Shown here: positions 9,596-19,342 of the stretch, piece by piece
Position numbering within the stretch: the first letter of the stretch is position 1
Layout: each line of letters begins with the position of its first letter
NCBI GenBank assembly: GCA_963681965.1
Contig: OY820579.1
Location: 559,078 to 623,077, forward strand
Source of the DNA: a bacterium
GTDB taxonomy: Bacteria > Electryoneota > JAOADG01
Reading direction: 5' to 3'
DNA: 64,000 nucleotides
Notes under the pieces: model-generated
Told to the model about the DNA's origin: nothing
What the model saw: only the letters and a program-made list of their open reading frames with translations
Database searches by the model: none
Position numbers and translations under genes: made by a program

Positions 9596-10810
9596 ATGAT
9601 GAAAATCCCATTTTTCCGAACAGCGTTGGATGAAAGTGAAATTAACGAAGTAGAGGATACGCTTCGATCGGGTTGGTTGACGACTGGACCGAAGACGAAG
9701 AAATTCGAAGCCGATTTTGCTGCTGCTGTCGGAGCGAAGCACGCGATTGCGTTGAATTCGGCAACAGCCGGTCTGCACCTTGCACTGGAAGCGGTTGGAT
9801 TGGAACCGGGCGAGTTAGTGCTGGTTCCGGCATTGACCTTTGCTGCGGGCGCAGAAGTCGTGCGCTACGACCGTGCGACACCGGTATTCGTCGATTGCGA
9901 CGAATCACTCTGCATGAGTCCGGCAGCATTGGAAGCGACGCTGACTGCCATCGAGCAAGGGAAACCAATCTATGGCTACAACCCGCCGTATACCAAGATC
10001 CGCGCGATTATGCCGATGCATTACGGCGGCTATACCTGTGCCATGGACGAGATTATGGCAATCGCCGCGAAGCGTAGTATTCCCGTGATCGAAGACGCTG
10101 CCCACTGCGTGTTCTCCAAGTACAAACAAGCGGATGGACAATGGAAGATCGCCGGTCGATTCGGTGTCTCGGGTGTCTATTCGTTCTACGCCAACAAATG
10201 CATCACCACTGGTGAAGGGGGCATGGTTGTCACCGATGACGACGATACCGCGAACCGGATTCGGCTGATGTCGTTGCATGGCATGAACAAGGATGCGTGG
10301 AAGCGCTTCACCGATCAAGGCTCGTGGTACTACGAACTGACGGCAGCCGGATTCAAATACAATCTCACCGATATGGCATCGGCACTGGGTATTCACCAAC
10401 TCGAAAAAGTGGAAATATTCCGGCAGAAACGCGAAGCGGTTGCCATGAAATTCAATAGCTTCTTCGCGAATTTACCGCAAGTGCAATTACCACCGAATAA
10501 TCCGGACAAATGCGTTCACTCCTGGCACCTTTACTGCTTACGCTTGAATTTGGAACGTCTGACGATCGATCGCGCACAATTTATCGAAGAACTGAAAGCG
10601 CTCGGCGTGAGTTGCTCGGTGCATTGGATGCCGTTGCCGATGAATCCGTACTACGTTCAACACTACGGTTTCAAGGGTGGCGAATTCCCCGCAGCCGAAG
10701 CGGTCTGGCCGCGCCTGGTATCGTTACCGATTTTCCCGGCGATGACCAATGAAGAGATCGATTATGTCGGTTCGGTCGTAGAGCAAGTGGCGACGAAATT
10801 CGCGAAATAA
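9596..10810 (+). CDS. DegT/DnrJ/EryC1/StrS family aminotransferase (sugar aminotransferase)
   Basis: 404 aa. N-terminal IPFFRTALDESEINEVEDTLRSGWLTTGPKTKKFEADFAAAVGAKHAIALNSATAGLHLAL is the typical PLP-dependent DegT fold. Adjacent to the 4,6-dehydratase. Confidence 0.85.
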   Translation: MMKIPFFRTALDESEINEVEDTLRSGWLTTGPKTKKFEADFAAAVGAKHAIALNSATAGLHLALEAVGLEPGELVLVPALTFAAGAEVVRYDRATPVFVDCDESLCMSPAALEATLTAIEQGKPIYGYNPPYTKIRAIMPMHYGGYTCAMDEIMAIAAKRSIPVIEDAAHCVFSKYKQADGQWKIAGRFGVSGVYSFYANKCITTGEGGMVVTDDDDTANRIRLMSLHGMNKDAWKRFTDQGSWYYELTAAGFKYNLTDMASALGIHQLEKVEIFRQKREAVAMKFNSFFANLPQVQLPPNNPDKCVHSWHLYCLRLNLERLTIDRAQFIEELKALGVSCSVHWMPLPMNPYYVQHYGFKGGEFPAAEAVWPRLVSLPIFPAMTNEEIDYVGSVVEQVATKFAK

Positions 10811-10889
10811 CGCGAGTGGAAAAAATATTATGATTGCGAGGCGGGAATAGCGTTCCCGCATTTGACAATGGAATGAGGCAACTGAGTCG

Positions 10890-11699
10890 ATGGAATACGA
10901 TCCGATCAAAGATAAACTGTTCGGTATCACCAAGAATAGTGTGTTTCTGCGCGATGCATTGTTTTTCGCGATCGGACACACTTTTTTGCGTGAAGGTCAT
11001 GTCAAACGCCGGATAAAATTGGCACAGTTGCCCGACAATGCCGCGATTCTCGATGCCGGTTGCGGATTGGGGCAGTATGCGCTCTGGATGGCAAAAAAAC
11101 TGCCGGGCAGCACAATTTTCGCGGGTGACGTGAAGAAGCATTTTATCGATGCGGGTAATCATCATGCTGCCGCGAAAGGTTTAAAGAACGTCACTTTCGG
11201 CGAATTGGATCTCTTGAAACTCGAGCAGAAAAACAAGTACGATTTCGTGTTGTCGATCGATGTACTCGAGCACATCGAGGACGACGTCGACCTGATGAAG
11301 CGTTTTAATCATGCACTCAAGCCGGGTGGACAATTGATGATTCATTCGCCGGGTGCCGAGGAAGACTCGCGGACATCGCATCACGATCCGAAAAGTTTGG
11401 TGGAAGAGCACGTTCGCGAAGGGTATGAAAAGAATGAAATCATCGAGAAGATGACGGAAGCGGGATTTGCCAAGGTCGATGTGTATCCCACCTATAAACC
11501 ATTTACCGGACCACTAATTTGGCGCTTGTGGCAGAACATCCCGCTGAAATTTACAAAGCTCGGTTTATTGGGATATGCTCTTATTCCGCTCTGGTTTCTA
11601 CTCGCATATCCGCTTGGATATCCCTTTTGGTGGAGCGATTTACACGTTCCGAAAAAGTGGGGATACGGGGTTTTAGTGGTGGCACGGAAAGCCTCTTAG
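10890..11699 (+). CDS. Class I SAM-dependent methyltransferase with a hydrophobic C-terminal tail
   Basis: SAM-binding motif LDAGCGLGQYALWMA. Motif II/III region YDFVLSIDVLEHIEDD...LKPGGQLMIHSP. Confidence 0.75.
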   Translation: MEYDPIKDKLFGITKNSVFLRDALFFAIGHTFLREGHVKRRIKLAQLPDNAAILDAGCGLGQYALWMAKKLPGSTIFAGDVKKHFIDAGNHHAAAKGLKNVTFGELDLLKLEQKNKYDFVLSIDVLEHIEDDVDLMKRFNHALKPGGQLMIHSPGAEEDSRTSHHDPKSLVEEHVREGYEKNEIIEKMTEAGFAKVDVYPTYKPFTGPLIWRLWQNIPLKFTKLGLLGYALIPLWFLLAYPLGYPFWWSDLHVPKKWGYGVLVVARKAS

Positions 11700-11727
11700 T
11701 TTTCAAAACAATCTTTTAAGATATTGA

Positions 11728-11756
11728 AACGGCGTACGATGTGCGCCGTTTTTGAT
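11728..11756 (+). terminator. Rho-independent terminator (aacggcgtac..gtgcgccgtt followed by tttg)
   Basis: 10-bp stem with one mismatch plus a T-run after the methyltransferase gene. Confidence 0.55.
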
Positions 11757-11772
11757 TCAGTGGCATGATGGA

Positions 11773-11834
11773 CTTGACAAATGGGGATCGGTTATAGTAA
11801 TTTAGTTAAACGACTGACTAAGTTGTTCGTTTAA
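11773..11834 (+). promoter_or_regulatory. Candidate promoter and TetR operator upstream of the tetR-efflux operon
   Basis: TTGACA at 11774-11779 with TATAGTAAT about 13-16 bp downstream. Inverted repeat TTAAACGA(11806-11813)-N13-TCGTTTAA(11827-11834) lies 20 bp upstream of the tetR ATG. Confidence 0.45.
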
Positions 11835-11852
11835 TTAATAAGGCATTCTGCA

Positions 11853-12602
11853 ATGAAAAAAAATGACCCCAAACCCGATAAAGCCGAACACCCGATTCGG
11901 GCGCTGCACCTGAAAGGGTATCACCACTTCAAGGAGATTATCCAACAGCTCCACGATAAAGGATCGCACGATGGCGATGATTCCCCGCGTTCGCGGATTC
12001 TGAGTGCAGCCTTCGAGAAATTCGCTGAAAAGGGATTCGAAGCGACTGGAATTCGGGAAATTGCCGAAGCCGCCAAAGTCAATCAGGCGATGATCCATTA
12101 TTACTACGGGTCCAAGGATAACCTCTACCATCAGGTAATTGCCGAACAAATTGGAAAATTCGCATCTGCGGCGTTCAGCGAATTACGGGAAAGTGAATTG
12201 CTGGAAGAGGTCGTGTTCGGAATTCCGATACGGATCAATGGTATGTTGCGGAAAAATCCGCTCTGGGCACGATTAATCTTTCGCGAAGTCGCGGAAGGTG
12301 GCGCGCATCTCGAGCAGGCGATTGAGCAGCTCGGTGAATTGGGTCCGCTCGGGTTTGCCAAACATCTTAGCGAAGCGTATGCCGAATTGGTCAAAGCCGG
12401 TAAAGTGGCTGATCTCCCACCGAAACTAGTGGCTCCATTGCTGATTGGTTTGAGTTTCAGTTCGGTTTTTATCGAACCGTATTTCCGGATCCTGACCAAA
12501 CAGGTCCCCGATGAATCGAAAACGCAGGAAATTAGGATGAAAATGGTGAACGAAGTGCTGCGACACGGATTGTCGACACAACCGAAGAAGGTGAAAAAAT
12601 GA
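11853..12602 (+). CDS. TetR/AcrR family transcriptional regulator
   Basis: N-terminal helix-turn-helix SRILSAAFEKFAEKGFEATGIREIAEAAKVNQAMIHYYYGSKDNLY. Its stop overlaps the start of the downstream TolC gene. Confidence 0.85.
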   Translation: MKKNDPKPDKAEHPIRALHLKGYHHFKEIIQQLHDKGSHDGDDSPRSRILSAAFEKFAEKGFEATGIREIAEAAKVNQAMIHYYYGSKDNLYHQVIAEQIGKFASAAFSELRESELLEEVVFGIPIRINGMLRKNPLWARLIFREVAEGGAHLEQAIEQLGELGPLGFAKHLSEAYAELVKAGKVADLPPKLVAPLLIGLSFSSVFIEPYFRILTKQVPDESKTQEIRMKMVNEVLRHGLSTQPKKVKK

Positions 12603-13912
12603 AGTATCGATTCTGGATAGTAGCATTGCTATTAATCGGGCTTGCTGCAACTTCTCCGGCGGCAGACAGTGCGAAGCGATGGACGTTGGAAGAGTGTCTA
12701 CGCAATGCTGGAAAGCAGCCAAATCGCGTTCGCGCGAGCGAATGGCAATACCGTTCCGCCGAAGCAGGATGGCGCGAGGAGCGGGTTGCGCGGTATGGGT
12801 CGGTGGATGCCACCGGAACATACTCCCATAGCACCGATGTGCAGACACTCAGCATACCGATTTCGATTCCGGGAATGAAGATTCCCGAAACGAAATTCGG
12901 CGATGGGAATGTCTACGATCTCGCGGTGACTGCGAAAATTCCGTTGTTCACCGGTGGTGCGCTAAAGTATCGCGAACAGGCGGCGCGCTCCGGAGCCGAT
13001 GCGGCGCAGTACGATTGGAAAGCCGAAAAAGCATCGTTCGCTGCGGAAGTACGTCGCGCATTTTATCAAGTGCTAGCGGGTGAAGCGGCACTGAAAATTG
13101 CAACCAATAATCGCGATAAATTGCTGCGCCATAAAGGCGAATTGGAAGATGCTGTTACCATTGGAGCGGTTTCTAGAGAAGCATTAATCCAGAATGAAGT
13201 GGCGCTGAAACAAGCCGAGAGCAGTCAGATCGTGGCGGAAGGAGATTTGAAAGCGGCGCGGATTGCATTGTGCGAAATCACCAAAATTGATGAAAGCAAC
13301 GCGGAATTCGATGGCAATCTGGAAATGTCGTTGCTGACACGATTCGATTCGATTTCGGTACCGACCAACGATCATCGTGGTGAATTTGCCGCGATGCAAC
13401 ACCGGGTGGCGCAAGCGACGTGGGCAGCCAATGCGGTTCGTGGCAGTTGGTATCCGAGTGTTGCGGCACAAGCGACTTACCATTATGCCAAACCGGGCGT
13501 GCAAATGATTAAGAACGAGTGGATGAGTTACGGGGTTTTCGGCGTATCGGCATCATGGACGATGTGGGATTGGTTTGCTCGAGATCGTCGTATCGAAAAG
13601 GCACGCAACAGTGAGAATGCGCTGCGCTTCAACAATTTCGAATTGTCGCGCAACCTGAAAACCGCAGCGAAAGTCGTTTTCGAACGATTGGAAACGGCAA
13701 AGCGGAATCTTGCAGTGCAGAGCAGCCGAATGGAATCAGTACAGACTCGCGCAGGTATGGTGGAAGAGCGCTGGAAACAGGGACAGGCTACCGAAAGCGA
13801 ATGGCAGGATGCACAGGACGATGTGACGCAGGCGCATGAAAATGTGCTGTCGGCGACAGTGCGGCTGAGGCTGGCGGAAGTGGAATGGCTGGTGACCGAT
13901 GGCGCTGAGTAA
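12599..13912 (+). CDS. TolC-family outer membrane efflux protein
   Basis: Signal peptide MKYRFWIVALLLIGLAATSPAA. 437 aa with the two-repeat outer-membrane efflux protein architecture. First structural gene of the efflux operon. Confidence 0.75.
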   Translation: MKYRFWIVALLLIGLAATSPAADSAKRWTLEECLRNAGKQPNRVRASEWQYRSAEAGWREERVARYGSVDATGTYSHSTDVQTLSIPISIPGMKIPETKFGDGNVYDLAVTAKIPLFTGGALKYREQAARSGADAAQYDWKAEKASFAAEVRRAFYQVLAGEAALKIATNNRDKLLRHKGELEDAVTIGAVSREALIQNEVALKQAESSQIVAEGDLKAARIALCEITKIDESNAEFDGNLEMSLLTRFDSISVPTNDHRGEFAAMQHRVAQATWAANAVRGSWYPSVAAQATYHYAKPGVQMIKNEWMSYGVFGVSASWTMWDWFARDRRIEKARNSENALRFNNFELSRNLKTAAKVVFERLETAKRNLAVQSSRMESVQTRAGMVEERWKQGQATESEWQDAQDDVTQAHENVLSATVRLRLAEVEWLVTDGAE

Positions 13913-13970
13913 GAAATCTATTGGACGATTGAAAGTAGATCGGAACGAAGATCAAGCAGGTGAGACGAAA

Positions 13971-14867
13971 ATGAAGCAGCAAAAATTGATTTGGTTGATT
14001 ATTGGATTGGCGATTATCGCGCTAAGCGTGTTTGCCGGTTGCGGAAAAAACAGTAACGGACTTCGTCCTTCGGGAACGTTGGAAGCAACGGAGGTCTCGA
14101 TTTCCCCGCTGTTGTCGGGTCGGGTTCTGGAATTGCGCAAACAGGAAGGCGACGAAGTTAAAGTCGGCGACACGCTGGTCGTGTTGGATACCGAATTGCT
14201 TGGCTTACAGCGAAACCAGAGTGAAGCACAGCTATCCGAGTTAGCGGCAGCATACGAGGCATTGCAGGCGCAAAAGACGCAGTGCGAGTTGCAGATCAAA
14301 AATTACTCCGACAAGCTTTCCCGGCAAACGACGTTGTTGGAAAAAGGTAGCAGCTCGCGACAAATCGTGGATGATTTAACTTCGCAACGCGACATAGCAC
14401 AGTCGCAGTTGAAAGCGATTGCCGCACAATCGTCGGCAAATGTCGCACAACGGAGTCGCATCGAAGCGGGTAAGAAAATGATCGAGCGACAATTGCGCGA
14501 CGGCGTGATCGTATCGCCGTTAAAAGGTACCGTTCTGGTGAAAGGGAGTGAACCGGGTGAGTCAGTTACGCCGCAGACGATCGTATACAAACTTTCGGAT
14601 CTAACGAACCTGACGGTAAAGATCTATCTCACCGAACCGGAAATGGGAAAAGTGAAGATCGGTCAAAAAGTCGTGTTGCGCGTGGATGCGCTCGACAAAA
14701 AGATTTTCGAAGGGGTGGTAAGCTTTATCAATCCAACTGCGGAATTCACACCGAAAAATATTCAGACCAAGAAGACGCGAGCCGATCTGGTCTTTGCCGT
14801 GAAATTGAATGTAGCCAATCCGAGCGGTGAACTGCACGGCGGAATGCCGATCGAAGCGGAGCTATAG
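13971..14867 (+). CDS. HlyD-family membrane fusion / periplasmic adaptor protein
   Basis: The start is probably ATG 13971 (MKQQKLIWLIIGLAIIALSVFAGC, a lipobox-like signal, after caggtgag); the track start at 13899 overlaps tolC. Coiled-coil region plus a beta-barrel hairpin (VLVKGSEPGESV...). Confidence 0.75.
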   Translation: MKQQKLIWLIIGLAIIALSVFAGCGKNSNGLRPSGTLEATEVSISPLLSGRVLELRKQEGDEVKVGDTLVVLDTELLGLQRNQSEAQLSELAAAYEALQAQKTQCELQIKNYSDKLSRQTTLLEKGSSSRQIVDDLTSQRDIAQSQLKAIAAQSSANVAQRSRIEAGKKMIERQLRDGVIVSPLKGTVLVKGSEPGESVTPQTIVYKLSDLTNLTVKIYLTEPEMGKVKIGQKVVLRVDALDKKIFEGVVSFINPTAEFTPKNIQTKKTRADLVFAVKLNVANPSGELHGGMPIEAEL

Positions 14868-15805
14868 TGTCGAATGGAACATTGGCAATCGATGTCGATC
14901 GAATCAAAAAAAAGTACGGCGCAATCGAAGCGGTCAAACTGATATCGTTAACGGTTGCTCCCGGTGAAATCGTCGGTTTGATCGGTGCCGATGGTGCAGG
15001 AAAGACCTCGACGATCAAGATGATCTGCGGGCTACTCGCGCCGGATGCCGGAACGATTCGCGTGTCGGGATTCGATGTTCGTAAATCAGCCGACGAAGTG
15101 AAAACCCGTCTCGGGTATATGCCGCAGCGATTCAGTCTATACTCCGATTTGTCGGTGGCGGAAAACATCCGGTTCTTTGCCGATCTGTTCAAATTGACGG
15201 AATCGCAGCGAGCGCAGCGCGTTGCGCGATTGTACGAATTTTCGAAACTCGGTCCGTTTCAGAAGCGGCGCGCCGGGCAGCTTTCGGGTGGTATGAAGCA
15301 GAAGTTGGCATTATGCTGCAATCTTATCCACGAGCCGGAAGTGATGGTGCTCGACGAACCTACCTTCGGGGTCGATCCGGTTTCGCGTCGCGAGTTGTGG
15401 GATATCCTCGGCGATCTGAAAAAGCGCGGATCGGGTCTGTTGGTGTCGACGGCATACATGGATGAAGCGGAATTGTGCGATCGGGTTTATCTGATGCATG
15501 AAGGACAATTTCTCTGTTCGGGTGAAACTAAATCGCTTCTGGCAAATTTCGAATATCAGTTGTTAGAACTGTTTCGGGATGAAATCGATTTTCATGTCTT
15601 CGAGCAGCTATCGAGTAAGATCGCACAACTAACTGGTGTCCATAGCGTGAATCGTTTCGGCGACCGGCTGCATGTCGCATTCGATCGCAAGATGGGGAGT
15701 GATCGAATTGTCGCGGAAGCGGAGCAATTCGGATTTCATTCGCATCCAACCCATCCTGTGATGGAAGATGTGTTTGTCAATAGGGTGCAGAACAATGGCA
15801 ACTAA
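14867..15805 (+). CDS. ABC transporter ATP-binding protein (first of two)
   Basis: Walker A GADGAGKTST, signature LSGGMKQKLALC, Walker B VMVLDEP. GTG start overlaps the HlyD stop. Confidence 0.85.
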   Translation: MSNGTLAIDVDRIKKKYGAIEAVKLISLTVAPGEIVGLIGADGAGKTSTIKMICGLLAPDAGTIRVSGFDVRKSADEVKTRLGYMPQRFSLYSDLSVAENIRFFADLFKLTESQRAQRVARLYEFSKLGPFQKRRAGQLSGGMKQKLALCCNLIHEPEVMVLDEPTFGVDPVSRRELWDILGDLKKRGSGLLVSTAYMDEAELCDRVYLMHEGQFLCSGETKSLLANFEYQLLELFRDEIDFHVFEQLSSKIAQLTGVHSVNRFGDRLHVAFDRKMGSDRIVAEAEQFGFHSHPTHPVMEDVFVNRVQNNGN

Positions 15806-16559
15806 TCCACCTAACGAACAATATGCCGTCGTAGCGCGCAATTTGACGAAGAAATTCGGATCATTCATCGCCGTCGACAATCTCTCGATTGAAGTGAAGC
15901 AAGGTGAAATCTTCGGATTTCTGGGTGCCAATGGTGCCGGTAAGACCACCGCGATCCGGATGTTTTGCGGGTTATTGGAGCCATCTTCGGGCGAAGCTTC
16001 GGTTGCCGGATGCAATCTGCTTCACGAGGTGAAAGCGCTGAAACGCAAGATCGGCTACATGAGTCAGAAGTTCTCGCTCTATGACGATCTCTCGATCGAA
16101 CAGAACATCGATCTATACGGCGGTATCTATTTACTCACCGACGAGCAGATTGCCACTCGAAAAGCGGAATTGCTCGCGAGTGTCGGATTAACCGGTATGG
16201 CGGATCGGGTGACGCGCGATCTGCCGTTGGGATATAAACAGCGCTTGGCGCTCGGTTGCAGCATTCTGCACCGCCCGCAGGTGGTGTTTCTCGACGAACC
16301 GACGAGCGGCGTCGATCCAGTCGCACGCCGAAAATTCTGGAACCTGATCTACCAAATCGCCGACAGCGGTATGACGGTATTCGTGACCACGCACTATATG
16401 GATGAAGCGGAGTATTGCAATCGCGTCAGTTTGATGGTTGCCGGAAAACTGCGCGCACTGGATACACCGACCGCATTGAAACGAATGACCGGTACCAGTT
16501 CGATGCAGGATGCGTTTCTGAAATTGGTCGGCGAAGCGCCAGTGGAGGTGCCATTGTGA
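15796..16559 (+). CDS. ABC transporter ATP-binding protein (second of two)
   Basis: Walker A GANGAGKTTAI, signature LPLGYKQRLALG, Walker B VVFLDEPTSGVDP. ATG at 15796 overlaps the upstream stop. Confidence 0.85.
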
Positions 16560-17674
16560 GACGGTTACTGGCAATCGCAATGAAGGAAGTTCTGCACATC
16601 AAGCGCGACCATCGCACGCTATTCGTCGCGATTGCCATGCCGATGGCGATGTTGATGCTATACGGATACGCGATCGACATGGAGTTGAAGCATGTCCGGA
16701 TCGGGGTCTACGACCGGGATTGTAGTCCGGAAAGCCGTGCATTGGTGGAGCGAATCACGGCGGGCAACACTTTCGTGATCACTGAATACTTAAACGATCG
16801 TGCTGATTTCGAGAATGGATTCAAGGCGAACCGCTATCGGGCAATTCTCGCGATCGAACCGGGTTATGCGCACGATATCGCAACCAATAAAAATGCCGAT
16901 TTTCAAGTCATTGTCGATGGCAGCGATGTCAATTCGGCAAATGTCATCTCGAATAACATCAGTGCGGTGGCACAACAATTGAGCAATGAACGTCTGCAGC
17001 AGCGGTTTGGAAAAAAGATTACCCCTCCCATCGAATTGCGCACACGGATCTGGTTCAATGAGGAGTTGAAGAGTCCAATTTTTATCGTACCGGGGCTGGT
17101 GGCGCTGTTTCTGGTGATGGTGTGCGCGCTGCTAACCAGTGTCGCCATTGCCCGCGAGCGCGAGAACGGCACCCTCGAGCAGATTTTAACGACACCGGTG
17201 CATCCGGTGGAAGTGATTATTGGTAAAGTATTGCCGTATCTAGCGATTGCCGTAATCGACGCGGTACTGACGGTTTCGGTGGGATATTTCGTTTTCGATG
17301 TACCGCTTCGCGGCAGTTTACTGGCGCTGACAGCATACAGCACGATCTATTTGATTGTCGCATTGGGGATGGGTTTGCTGATCAGTGTATTTGTCAAGAC
17401 GCAGCAATTGGCGCTGATGTTTGCACTGATCCTGACACTATTACCGACACTGATGTTATCCGGTCTGATTTTTCCGACTTCATCAATGCCGTTTCCGCTG
17501 CAAATGCTCTCGAAGATTGTACCGGCGACGTGGTTCATCCCGATTGTTCGCGGAATCATGTTGAAAGGGGAAATCTGGTTTCCGGTCGAGGGGAGTGTGT
17601 TGATCGGTATGGCAATATTATTGCTGAGTGGCAGTGTTGCCGGATTTCGCAAGATCATTCGCGAAGGAATGTAA
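16556..17674 (+). CDS. ABC-2 family transporter permease (first of two)
   Basis: GTG at 16556 overlaps the upstream TGA. N-terminal TM helix, large periplasmic loop, then C-terminal 5-TM ABC-2 domain (IFIVPGLVALFLVMVCALLTSVAIARERENGTLEQIL). Confidence 0.8.
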   Translation: MRRLLAIAMKEVLHIKRDHRTLFVAIAMPMAMLMLYGYAIDMELKHVRIGVYDRDCSPESRALVERITAGNTFVITEYLNDRADFENGFKANRYRAILAIEPGYAHDIATNKNADFQVIVDGSDVNSANVISNNISAVAQQLSNERLQQRFGKKITPPIELRTRIWFNEELKSPIFIVPGLVALFLVMVCALLTSVAIARERENGTLEQILTTPVHPVEVIIGKVLPYLAIAVIDAVLTVSVGYFVFDVPLRGSLLALTAYSTIYLIVALGMGLLISVFVKTQQLALMFALILTLLPTLMLSGLIFPTSSMPFPLQMLSKIVPATWFIPIVRGIMLKGEIWFPVEGSVLIGMAILLLSGSVAGFRKIIREGM

Positions 17675-17700
17675 CGGTTCGAAACCGACTGAAGGGTGTA

Positions 17701-18824
17701 TGAGACAATTACTGTTTTTGTTGCGCAAAGAATTCCAACAACTGCGTCGCGATCCGGCAATGATGCGGGTGCTGCTGGTGGCGCCATTGGTGCAGATGCT
17801 GGTTTTGTCGTATGCGATCAATACCGATTTGAAGGAAATGAAAGCGGTGATGGTCGATCTCGACCGGACACAAGCGAGTTCGCAATTCATAGCGAAATTT
17901 TTCGGCACGGATTATTTTCAGCGGGTACATCCGGAAGTTGGTACGTTCAGCGAAGCGACGACATTACTGGAGCACGGTAAAGCGGATCTGATTGTAACAA
18001 TTCCGCGTGGATTTGCTGCCGATAAATTGAAGAATGCGCAGATTGGATTGACGGTCGACGGTCAAAATTCCAATGTTGCGGGGCTGGGGAGTGGCTACGC
18101 CGCCCGATTGATTGCCGATATGAACCTTACGCAGATGAAGGAGTGGAAACGGCAGGGACGACTGCCGGAAGGGACCGATGTCCAAATTCGTCCGGTGGTG
18201 CGGTTCTGGTTCAATCCCGAGTTGGAAAGCAAACATTTCATGGTGCCCGGAATTGTCGTGATGTTGATTTCGACGGTATCGGGTATGCTGGCGGGGATTG
18301 CTATCGTGAAGGAGAAGGAGATTGGAACGATCGAATTGCTGCTGGTGGCACCGTTGGAACGGTGGCAACTGGTTGCTGGAAAATTGCTGCCGTTCTTTAT
18401 TCTATCGTTCGGTGCGATGAGTCTGGCGTTGGCGATCGGGATGATTTGGTTTGGCGTGCCATTTTCCGGATCGTCGTTGACTCTGATCGGCGGGGTATCG
18501 CTCTATCTGGTGGTGATGCTCTCGGTCGGACTGCTGGTTTCGACGATGTCGGCAACACAGATGCAGGCGATGTTTTCGGTCTGGTTCGTGTTGATCTTTG
18601 GGATTATGACCAGTGGATTCTTTTTTCCGATCGAGAATATGCCGAAGTGGTTGCAGTATATCACGATTCCGAATCCGATGCGATACATGATGGAAATTAT
18701 GCGCTCGGTGCTGATCAAAGGATCGTCGCTGGTCGATTTGAAACAACAATTTGCGATGCTGACCGGACTTGGAGCAATCGTGTTTGCGCTGGCGGTGACA
18801 CGCTTTCAGAAACAGTTGGGGTGA
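17701..18824 (+). CDS. ABC-2 family transporter permease (second of two)
   Basis: ATG at 17701 (MRQLLFLLRKEFQQL). Same architecture as the preceding permease (KEKEIGTIELLLVAPLERWQ). Confidence 0.8.
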
Positions 18825-18899
18825 CGAGTTTCGCGTGCTTGGTGTTTGATTCTTGGTGTTCGGTTTTTGGTGTTCAGTTCCTGGTGCTCAGTGCATGGT

Positions 18900-19340
18900 A
18901 GCCCAAACCTCCGAACTCGCGTTCTTGCATTTTAGTAGGGGCGCCTCCCCGCGGGCGCACATTCTTTTATCATTTCATCTTTTCCCATCCCCCAACACCT
19001 ATCCCCTACCACCCATTTTGTTGGTGGCGCAGGCCTCCGAGCCTGCGTTCTTGTATCTTTTTTTTAAAGTACTGCCCAACTCCGATTGGACGAATCCCTG
19101 CTTTTCCGTAGGTCAGAACTTGTTCTGACCACCGCTAGTATCCTGATTTGTCGTTGCGAGGAAGATGCGTAGCATATGACGTGGCAATCTTCTCTTGTGT
19201 AGCCGCAGGCTTTAGCCTGCGTTTTTTGAATCATGTTTTCTGTGGTAGCGGCGGACTTCAGTCCGCTTTTTTTTTATTTTTTCAGGAATGGCGGACTAAA
19301 GTCCGCCGCTACCAAAAATCGGGAGGGCTCACGAGCCATC
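18900..19340. repeat. Cluster of GC-rich palindromic REP-like hairpins and terminator-like stem-loops
   Basis: tagtaggggcgcctccccgcgggcgc with gcgttcttgcatttt. gcaggc-ctccga-gcctgc with gttcttgtatctttttttt. ggtcagaac-ttg-ttctgacc. gcaggc-ttta-gcctgc followed by ttttttt. gcggact-tc-agtccgc followed by T9. ggcggact-aa-agtccgcc. gggagggctc-ac-gagccatccc. The shared motifs (tagtaggggcg, gttcttgtatc, gggagggctc) recur at 21598-22180 and 43480-43850. Confidence 0.6.
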
Positions 19341-19342
19341 CC

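Noticed and set aside
18143-18901. 252-aa plus-strand ORF overlapping the second ABC-2 permease in another frame
   Set aside because: Gly/Arg/Asp-rich nonsense translation; the permease frame has clear TM-helix periodicity and family motifs.
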